In this document: in pieces, positions 7,637 through 14,126 of the stretch | Layout: each line of letters opens with the position of its first letter | Position numbering within the stretch: position 1 is the first letter of the stretch | Source of the DNA: a virus | Taxonomy: Duplodnaviria; Caudoviricetes | Virus record (IMG/VR): IMGVR_UViG_3300028857_000025 | Location: 1-26,568 of that record | Length of the DNA stretch: 26,568 bases | Direction: 5' to 3' (one strand) | The notes under the pieces: generated by a model | What the model saw: the letters and a program-made list of their open reading frames with translations, nothing else | Databases searched by the model: none | What the model was told of the DNA's origin: nothing | Made by a program: the position numbers and the translations under genes

Positions 7637-8326
7637 ATGTCAAAAATGTTGCCGTGGAGTTATTCGGGGCTAAGCCAATTTCAAGTATGCCCGTTGCAAT
7701 TCTACGAGCATCGCGTACGTAAAAGCGTACCGTTCATAGAGACCGATGCGATTAAGTACGGCAAAGCCCTGCACAGCGCGGCGGAGTTTTACATCAAGTC
7801 CAACATGCCCTTGCCTGCCGAGTTTGCGTTCATGCAGAGCTACCTGGATAAGCTAATAGCGTTGCCGGGCAAAAAATATGTCGAGCTACAGATGGGCATA
7901 GCTATCAAAGATTGGGCGTTTGTCCATTGTGATTACTGGGATTCAAGCTGCTGGTATCGGGGCGTCAGTGATTTTATTTCCGTTGACCACGATAATGAGA
8001 AAGCTTACCTGGTCGATTTTAAGACCGGTAAGAGTGCAGCCTATGCCGACACCACCCAGTTGGCATTACTGGCGGCGCTTATTTTTCTGCATTTCCCGAA
8101 GGTCAAAACGGTCAAAAGCATGCTGTTGTTCGTCAAGGCTGGACAAATTGTCAAAGCAGAGTATGATTTTGCCAGTCGGTTTACAGTGTTTGCGCATCTG
8201 AATCAGGACTTAAAACGCCTGAAAGCGGCGTACGAAAGTAACGTGTGGAATCCAACGCAGAACAATTTCTGCAAGCGCTGGTGTGCGGTACATACCTGTG
8301 TACATAACGGAGAATATAGTGAGTGA
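7637..8326 (+). CDS. PD-(D/E)XK nuclease (Cas4/RecB-like exonuclease)
   Basis: AGGAG SD; WSYS, N-terminal CP, G..LH, D...VDFKTG, QL and a C-terminal CKRWC....C cluster (Fe-S-like). Confidence 0.85.
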   Translation: MSKMLPWSYSGLSQFQVCPLQFYEHRVRKSVPFIETDAIKYGKALHSAAEFYIKSNMPLPAEFAFMQSYLDKLIALPGKKYVELQMGIAIKDWAFVHCDYWDSSCWYRGVSDFISVDHDNEKAYLVDFKTGKSAAYADTTQLALLAALIFLHFPKVKTVKSMLLFVKAGQIVKAEYDFASRFTVFAHLNQDLKRLKAAYESNVWNPTQNNFCKRWCAVHTCVHNGEYSE

Positions 8327-8540
8327 GGAAGAGGTAGCGTACTTAACGCTGGAGCATCTGAAAGCTATCCGCAAGACCGGCGAGCGTACCGCAGAGGACG
8401 TGAAAGATATCATACACCGTGTGTCCTCACTTGAGAGGTCAACGGCATTACTACACCTTGATTTAGCTCAAATCAACTATCGTCTGGATACTTTCGATGG
8501 GCGCTTGGGGCATATCGAGAAACGATTGGAGTTAGAATGA
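8319..8540 (+). CDS. Hypothetical coiled-coil protein (likely GTG start 8319)
   Basis: GGAG SD before GTG 8319; heptad-like RLDTFDGRLGHIEKRLELE. Confidence 0.6.
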   Translation: MSEEEVAYLTLEHLKAIRKTGERTAEDVKDIIHRVSSLERSTALLHLDLAQINYRLDTFDGRLGHIEKRLELE

Positions 8541-8782
8541 ATGAACTACCCACAAACGGCCCCGGCAAATACGATGATATTTGTACGGTGGCGCGAGAAA
8601 GAACCGATGCGCAAGCCGCCATTGTTATTATAATTAATGGCGTGTTGGGCAGTGGTTTCTCACTACAGTCGGAACATCCGGATGTAGTAGTCCAACTACC
8701 CGATATGCTTGAAACAATGGCTAAAGAAATACGTGAAATAATTACTGAGGAGAAGGCAGATGCCGTACAAAGACATGAATGA
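8537..8782 (+). CDS. Hypothetical phage protein
   Basis: ATGA overlap, 81-aa ORF in operon context. Confidence 0.65.
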   Translation: MNELPTNGPGKYDDICTVARERTDAQAAIVIIINGVLGSGFSLQSEHPDVVVQLPDMLETMAKEIREIITEEKADAVQRHE

Positions 8783-9023
8783 CCGCGACCCGTCACACGA
8801 GGCCCAGGTCGAAAAGAAAAACCCCAAAGCCGTGGCCGCACGCAAGAAACGGCAGCAGGCTAGACAATTGTACGATAAACTCGATATCCCTAGAAAAGGT
8901 AAGGATATTGACCATATTAAGGGCACCGAAGCCGGCAACGCCAAGAGCAATCTCAGGCTACAGACGCCGTCACAGAACCGGTCATTCCCACGTAATTCAA
9001 ATCACACTGCAAAGAGGAAGTAA
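8760..9023 (+). CDS. Small HNH endonuclease
   Basis: KGKDIDHI...GN.KSNLR....SQNRS HNH core; AGGAG upstream. Confidence 0.8.
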   Translation: MPYKDMNDRDPSHEAQVEKKNPKAVAARKKRQQARQLYDKLDIPRKGKDIDHIKGTEAGNAKSNLRLQTPSQNRSFPRNSNHTAKRK

Positions 9024-9024
9024 C

Positions 9025-9237
9025 ATGCAAATATCAACCAAGTCAGTGATATCACTGGCAGAGGAAGCGGGGCTCCCGCCCTCTTTAATCGAGCGCCACA
9101 CCGATGCTTTAACGCATTTTGCACTCCGCCTGCGCATGGCAGAACGGCGCGTTTGTCGTAATAAGCTGCGCAACTGGACCATAGACAAGTCCCTGAGCAA
9201 GCCGCCGCTACTTGAGGCGCTGACGGAGCATGATTGA
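9025..9237 (+). CDS. Hypothetical protein (start at ATG 9025 rather than 8779)
   Basis: GAGG SD at 9014-9017; begins right after the HNH stop and overlaps the helicase start. Confidence 0.6.
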   Translation: MQISTKSVISLAEEAGLPPSLIERHTDALTHFALRLRMAERRVCRNKLRNWTIDKSLSKPPLLEALTEHD

Positions 9238-11875
9238 GATAATACATGATAAGGTGTTATCCGTCACCACGGATAGCCCTGACGACATTACAACAGTAAT
9301 AGACAAGTACAAGATAGACAATGGCAAAGTGCTCATCCCCTTTAATCTGGGGAATGTTCACATATTAAAAAACATGGGCTTTACGGTACCGTCGCCCATT
9401 GAGACTCGGTATGGGTGGCCTGGACTCCATAAACCCTTTTCGCATCAGCGCAGTATCGCTTCGTTTTTGACCTTGAATAGGCGGGCGTATAACTTTGGCG
9501 AATTAGGAATTGGCAAAACGAAAAGCGCTATCTGGGCTGCCGACTACCTACTAAGTATAGGTGCTATACGGCGTGTATTGGTTATCGCGCCGCTTAGCAT
9601 CCTCGATTCTGCATGGAAGCAGGAGATATTCAGGACAGTGATGCATCGGTCTGTTGATGTGGCGCATGGCACAAAGGAGAAACGCGAGGCAATAATCAAT
9701 AGTAAAGCTGAGTTTATACTTATCAATTATGATGGCGTCGAGATTGTGATTGACGCTTTGGACCGAGGTAACTTTGATTTAATCATAATTGATGAGTGCT
9801 TTGTAGCTGGGACACGAGTTCTTACGCCTATTGGTTTTAGAGCTATTGAACAAATCGTAGAAGGTGATATAATAGAGACAAGTTGGGGGCCAAGACCCGT
9901 AACCAAAACGTTTCATAAACAATCATCCAACATAGTTGAAGTCGAGTTTGAAGATGGTATCAAAATTACCTGCACAGAAGAGCACCCTTTCTCAACCCGA
10001 AATGGTTGGGTCGCCGCAAAAGACCTCCTTGGTGAAATATGTACTACATCAAGAGAATTGTCACACCTGCGGGACGCCGTTCGAGCAGAAGGTGTTTGCC
10101 AACCAGAAGGCATCTCACTATTGTTCTCGCGCATGTTGGAAAGAGTCGTACTATGTAGATTTGGTGTGCGGGCATTGCGGAAAAAAGTATCGAAAGGTAA
10201 AGAGTTACTTAAGAACCAACCCTGCAAAATATTGCAGCACAAAATGTACGGCGCAAGCGCGCTCTGCAAAAGTTATGGGGGAGACAGTTATGTGTCCGGT
10301 CTGCGGAGGGGAGCATTTTGTACCCCACAGAGTGTTGCGGTATCGTCCAGCATTAACCTGTTCCCGTTCCTGCGCCAGAAAGTTAGTGTGGCAAACAGAG
10401 CGAAAGCGGATGATGGATGGCGTACAGAAAGCAGCGGAGAAGCATCGGGGCCAACCCTCACCTCTCAGGGGGATTCCCCATACAGAAGAGCGCAAGCAAC
10501 AACAGCGTGCGCTGGCAGTAGAGTTGGGGAGTCGGGAACCGTTCATGCGAGTGCGGGGCGGCAATGGTACGGGTATGTCAAGAGTAGAGTTACTAATGCG
10601 CTCAATACTCCCAGAAAGTTTCCAATACAACTATATTGTAAAGACATTACAAAAGCGTGGAAGCGGGTATCCCTATCACTACAAGCTGGATTTCGCAGAC
10701 CCTTTACAGATGATTTGTTTAGAAGTAGACGGGTACAGCCACAATACAATACAGCGTCAAGAACAAGACAGGAAGAAAGAGGCGTTGCTTCAGGACTTAG
10801 GGTGGTCAGTGTTACGCGTATCCAACAAGGATGTCCTCGCGATGTTTGGAATCTGGAAGTAGCGGGCCCTCATGATTATATCGTTGAGGATGTGCTAGTC
10901 CATAACTGCAACTACATAAAGAACGTCCAAACCCGCAAGCACAAGTTCATTAACAAGTTGATTAAAGCGGATACCTGGTGCTGGCTAATGACCGCTACAC
11001 CGGCTGCGCAGAGCCCTTGTGATGCCTATGGTCTGGCGCGTATGATAGACCCTAAATCAGTGCCTCGGTCTTATGGTGCATTTAGGGAGATGGTGCAGTA
11101 TAAAATCAATATGTTTATGTGGATAAATAAACCCGATGCAGAGCGAACAGTACACAGAGTTTTACAACCCGCAATTAGATTTACTAAATCAGAATGTTTG
11201 GATTTACCTGAGCTATTATATGAGACGCGTGAAGTACCTCTGACCGCACAGCAAAACAAGTATTACAAACTTCTAAAAAAGGAAATGATGATTCTCGCTG
11301 CGGGTACAACGGTCACTGCGGCGAACGCAGCGGTTCTGATTGGAAAGTTGTTGCAAATTTCAGCGGGCAACTGTTATGATGAACGTGGGGATATTATTGA
11401 GTTTGATATCTCCAACCGATTCAGAGAGCTGTGTGATATCATCCGTGAGACGCGTAACAAAACGATAGTGTTTGTGCAGTTTAGGAACTCCATCGAGCGA
11501 ATCATGCGGATGCTGCAGGATGAAGGCATTACTTGCGAGGCCATTCACGGGAAAATCCCCATGAATAAGCGGGATGTCATCTTCTCTGATTTCCAAAACA
11601 AACCCGACCCGCAAGTGTTAATCATCCAGCCGCAAGCTGCGGCACACGGTGTGACATTGACAAAAGCGGATACGACAATATGGTTCGGGGTACCCATGTC
11701 CTTTGAAATTTACCAACAAGGGAATGGGCGTACGCACCGCGCCGGACAACGCAACCAATGTACTGTTGTCCATTTGATAGGTAGTGATGTTGAGAAGAAA
11801 GTATTGAACGCGTTGGACAAAAAGAATATGTCCGCAACGACTCTATTGGCATTATTTAAAGAGGTAATAAAATGA
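9230..11875 (+). CDS. SNF2-like SF2 helicase, intein-containing precursor (881 aa; ~511 aa after splicing)
   Basis: Motif I GELGIGKT, VIAPLS, INYDG, motif II IIIDE/CN split by the intein, MTATP, HGVTLT, Q..GRTHRAGQ. Confidence 0.92.
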   Translation: MIEIIHDKVLSVTTDSPDDITTVIDKYKIDNGKVLIPFNLGNVHILKNMGFTVPSPIETRYGWPGLHKPFSHQRSIASFLTLNRRAYNFGELGIGKTKSAIWAADYLLSIGAIRRVLVIAPLSILDSAWKQEIFRTVMHRSVDVAHGTKEKREAIINSKAEFILINYDGVEIVIDALDRGNFDLIIIDECFVAGTRVLTPIGFRAIEQIVEGDIIETSWGPRPVTKTFHKQSSNIVEVEFEDGIKITCTEEHPFSTRNGWVAAKDLLGEICTTSRELSHLRDAVRAEGVCQPEGISLLFSRMLERVVLCRFGVRALRKKVSKGKELLKNQPCKILQHKMYGASALCKSYGGDSYVSGLRRGAFCTPQSVAVSSSINLFPFLRQKVSVANRAKADDGWRTESSGEASGPTLTSQGDSPYRRAQATTACAGSRVGESGTVHASAGRQWYGYVKSRVTNALNTPRKFPIQLYCKDITKAWKRVSLSLQAGFRRPFTDDLFRSRRVQPQYNTASRTRQEERGVASGLRVVSVTRIQQGCPRDVWNLEVAGPHDYIVEDVLVHNCNYIKNVQTRKHKFINKLIKADTWCWLMTATPAAQSPCDAYGLARMIDPKSVPRSYGAFREMVQYKINMFMWINKPDAERTVHRVLQPAIRFTKSECLDLPELLYETREVPLTAQQNKYYKLLKKEMMILAAGTTVTAANAAVLIGKLLQISAGNCYDERGDIIEFDISNRFRELCDIIRETRNKTIVFVQFRNSIERIMRMLQDEGITCEAIHGKIPMNKRDVIFSDFQNKPDPQVLIIQPQAAAHGVTLTKADTTIWFGVPMSFEIYQQGNGRTHRAGQRNQCTVVHLIGSDVEKKVLNALDKKNMSATTLLALFKEVIK
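9797..10906 (+). mobile_element. Intein (370 aa) in the helicase DExx (Walker B) motif
   Basis: Block A CFVAGTRVLTPIG, block B TCTEEHPF, block F/G VWNLEVAGPHDYIVEDVLVHN, followed by Cys+1. Confidence 0.93.
9936..10862 (+). CDS. Zn-finger + DUF559/Vsr-like endonuclease in the +1 frame inside the helicase intein (start uncertain: 9936, 9954, 10002 or 10032)
   Basis: Three CxxCG...CSxxC repeats, a NUMOD3-like GIPHTEERK segment, and the catalytic region YKLDFA...CLEVDGYSH...DRKKEALLQDLGWSVLRV. Confidence 0.85.
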   Translation: MKSSLKMVSKLPAQKSTLSQPEMVGSPQKTSLVKYVLHQENCHTCGTPFEQKVFANQKASHYCSRACWKESYYVDLVCGHCGKKYRKVKSYLRTNPAKYCSTKCTAQARSAKVMGETVMCPVCGGEHFVPHRVLRYRPALTCSRSCARKLVWQTERKRMMDGVQKAAEKHRGQPSPLRGIPHTEERKQQQRALAVELGSREPFMRVRGGNGTGMSRVELLMRSILPESFQYNYIVKTLQKRGSGYPYHYKLDFADPLQMICLEVDGYSHNTIQRQEQDRKKEALLQDLGWSVLRVSNKDVLAMFGIWK

Positions 11876-12051
11876 CAGCAAGCGAAATAGAAGATTTTAA
11901 TGATTTATTATCTGATGCTGAGATGAACGCCAGCACGGATTGGGAACTCGAATTCACCGGTAGTATGAGGGCGCATTATAAAAAATATGGCGATGACACC
12001 TATGTGTCCGCCAAGCAATTACATCACCTGGAGAAGATTGCAAATGTGTGA
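11872..12051 (+). CDS. Hypothetical 59-aa protein (not in ORF track)
   Basis: GAGG SD, ATGA overlap with the helicase stop; MTASEIEDFNDLL...WELEFTGSM...SAKQLHHLEKIANV. Confidence 0.65.
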   Translation: MTASEIEDFNDLLSDAEMNASTDWELEFTGSMRAHYKKYGDDTYVSAKQLHHLEKIANV

Positions 12052-12163
12052 GACGTTACATTTGATATCCATTGTACTGCTTATTGGCGCTATCGGTATG
12101 ATGTGGGTGCTACACAGTGTAGGCAAGGCGCTGAATAAACAAGATGAGCGGGATAAGAGTTGA
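12044..12163 (+). CDS. Small putative membrane protein (39 aa)
   Basis: GGAG upstream; MCETLHLISIVLLIGAIGMMWVLHSVGK..., one hydrophobic helix with a charged tail. Confidence 0.5.
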   Translation: MCETLHLISIVLLIGAIGMMWVLHSVGKALNKQDERDKS

Positions 12164-12188
12164 CAAACTAGCTTTACAACTGTATAAT
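12160..12188 (+). promoter_or_regulatory. Consensus sigma70 promoter
   Basis: TTGACA (12160-12165), 17-nt spacer, TATAAT (12183-12188). Confidence 0.85.
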
Positions 12189-12222
12189 AATCTCACAGTC
12201 AACAACTAAACAGGACAAGACT

Positions 12223-12615
12223 ATGCCCGATGTAGAAAAGATAGTATCCGTCTATCTGAAAATCAGAAACAAGAAAGCGGAAATCACCAAGGCTTATGAA
12301 GCGCAGATAGCAGAGCTTGACGCTAAACAAGATATGCTCCAAAGCGCATTGCTTGATTTGTGTAAAGAACTGGGCGTTGAATCAGTTCGTACAGAATCCG
12401 GCACTGCCTTTAGGACTATCAAAGAACGAGTCTTCGTATCGGATTGGGCAGCTGTAGAGCAATTCATCTACGACAATGACGCGTTTGATTTGGTCGAGAA
12501 AAGGCTTGCCCAGAACGCGGCTAAGTCATGGATAAAAGACTTCCCAGACAAACCTATCCCGTCTGTGGTTGTAGACAGAAAGTTTACTATAACGGTTAGG
12601 AGAGGTAAGCCATGA
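12223..12615 (+). CDS. Hypothetical phage protein with N-terminal coiled coil
   Basis: AGGA SD, first gene after the consensus promoter; 130 aa. Confidence 0.8.
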   Translation: MPDVEKIVSVYLKIRNKKAEITKAYEAQIAELDAKQDMLQSALLDLCKELGVESVRTESGTAFRTIKERVFVSDWAAVEQFIYDNDAFDLVEKRLAQNAAKSWIKDFPDKPIPSVVVDRKFTITVRRGKP

Positions 12616-12998
12616 GCGATTATTCTAATAATGAACTGTTACATCCGGACCTTCCTGAACCGGACATTTTCTTAACCGAAAAAGAAGTCAGGGAAATTTT
12701 AGGGTTATCCCGGCAGTCTTGTTATAATATGCGCCGAGCCGGCATCTTCACCAGCCACTATATCAAAGGCAAAGTGAAATACTCGGCCAAAGAAGTCGAA
12801 GCGTACATTGAGCGCAAATCATTGCCTGATATCCGTGTGACGCCAACAATCAGAACGCGTGCCAAACCCGGCGAACCGAAGAAGGAAAGAGTTTATACCA
12901 AGCCTGCCCCGTCTGTTGCCAAGATGAGCAAGCGCACCCCACCCCCTGCTACGATGCCAGAACCATCGTATGAGGACTTTGATAATTACTTTATATAA
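12612..12998 (+). CDS. Excisionase/MerR-like (HTH_17-type) DNA-binding protein
   Basis: FLTEKEVREILGLSRQSCYNMRRAG...GKVKYSAKEVEAYI. Confidence 0.75.
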   Translation: MSDYSNNELLHPDLPEPDIFLTEKEVREILGLSRQSCYNMRRAGIFTSHYIKGKVKYSAKEVEAYIERKSLPDIRVTPTIRTRAKPGEPKKERVYTKPAPSVAKMSKRTPPPATMPEPSYEDFDNYFI

Positions 12999-13007
12999 GA
13001 GAGCACC

Positions 13008-13985
13008 ATGAGCAACTTAAGCATATTTAAAAACGGCGGCGGCGTCCCTGCCCATCTTCAAAAAAGAGAGCTGTCTGCCGCCACCAAAGCCTTGATGGGT
13101 GGTTTTGAAAACCGCCGTATCTCTATCCGGGGCGGGGTCTTCCGCAAGGTCATCAATGGTCAGGAGGTGGGTTCCATCCCCGAACGGGCACTGAACGTGG
13201 TCATTGTTGGCGTCGCCGAGCATACTTCCCGGCAGTATTACAAAGCCGCCTATCAGGAGAATGCCGACCCGGTGGCACCGGACTGCTACAGTGCTGACGG
13301 CATCACGCCGATGGCAACAGCGACGGCGATTCAAGCAGCCACCTGCGCCGCCTGTCCACAGAATATCGCAGGCTCAGGCCAAGGTGATTCCAAAGCCTGC
13401 CGCTTCCAACGCCGCATTGCGGTGGTCTTGGAGAAAAACCTGGAAGATGGTGAGGTTTATGAAATGACGCTGGCAGCGACCAGTCTGTTTGGTGGCAAGG
13501 GCAAGCCTGACCCCGACAAGATGGGCATGCGCCAGTACGCCAACTTTTTGGGTGGTTACGGCGTCAACATCGACGCCGTGGTCACTGAATTGCGCTTTGA
13601 TTTGGACGCCGCCACCCCGAAATTACTGTTCGCGGCATTAAGACCGTTAGAGACGGATGAGCTGTTGCTGGTTGAGGAATATTCCAAATTGCCGGAGACT
13701 ATCCAGGCTATCACATACAGCTTTGGTGGGGTGGTGGTGAAACCGGCGGCTGCCGAATTGCCCTTTATCCAGCCTCGCCCAGCTCCTGCCCCCGCAGCTG
13801 CGTCAGTGCCTGAGCCAGAGCCCGTCGTTCCGGCACGCACAAGGGTCACTCGAAATCGCCCCGCCGCAGCCGCTGCGCCTGCCCCTGAAGTCATTCCGGA
13901 GCCGATACGCCGTGAAAGCCACGCCGCGCCGCAACCCGCCTCGACAAATATTGATGAGCTGCTATCGGAGTGGGGCGACGAGTGA
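13008..13985 (+). CDS. Putative ssDNA-binding/annealing protein
   Basis: Replication-module position; Cys cluster (PDCYS..CAACP..KAC), Pro/Ala linker and acidic aromatic tail IDELLSEWGDE typical of phage SSBs. Confidence 0.6.
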   Translation: MSNLSIFKNGGGVPAHLQKRELSAATKALMGGFENRRISIRGGVFRKVINGQEVGSIPERALNVVIVGVAEHTSRQYYKAAYQENADPVAPDCYSADGITPMATATAIQAATCAACPQNIAGSGQGDSKACRFQRRIAVVLEKNLEDGEVYEMTLAATSLFGGKGKPDPDKMGMRQYANFLGGYGVNIDAVVTELRFDLDAATPKLLFAALRPLETDELLLVEEYSKLPETIQAITYSFGGVVVKPAAAELPFIQPRPAPAPAAASVPEPEPVVPARTRVTRNRPAAAAAPAPEVIPEPIRRESHAAPQPASTNIDELLSEWGDE

Positions 13986-13991
13986 TATAAT
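13983..13991 (+). promoter_or_regulatory. Putative extended -10 promoter upstream of array 5
   Basis: TGATATAAT matches TGnTATAAT. Confidence 0.5.
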
Positions 13992-14000
13992 TTTTCTTCC

Positions 14001-14075
14001 ATAGCGATGCGATGCCTAGCCTAGCTTAGCGTTGCGATGCGATGCTATGCAGTGCAAAGGCCACTTTAAAGTGGC
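14001..14075 (+). repeat. Pentamer array 5: (NNWGC)x11 + AAAGG + palindrome
   Basis: ATAGC GATGC GATGC CTAGC CTAGC TTAGC GTTGC GATGC GATGC TATGC AGTGC (14001-14055); GCCACTTTAAAGTGGC at 14060-14075. Confidence 0.9.
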
Positions 14076-14081
14076 AAGAAC

Positions 14082-14105
14082 GAGCGGCTTAGGCCGCTCC
14101 TTTTT
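14082..14105 (+). terminator. Putative intrinsic terminator before the primase gene
   Basis: GAGCGGC-TTAG-GCCGCTC followed by CTTTTT. Confidence 0.65.
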
Positions 14106-14126
14106 CCTCTTCGGGACACATCAAAA

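Noticed and set aside
8779-9024. N-terminal extension of the 8779-9237 ORF overlapping the HNH gene
   Set aside because: The extension is motif-less, and a good SD/ATG at 9025 explains the gene without overlap.
12612-12998. Excisionase-like gene as proof of a temperate lifestyle
   Set aside because: No integrase, att site or host flank is visible in this window, and HTH_17-type proteins also occur in lytic phages.
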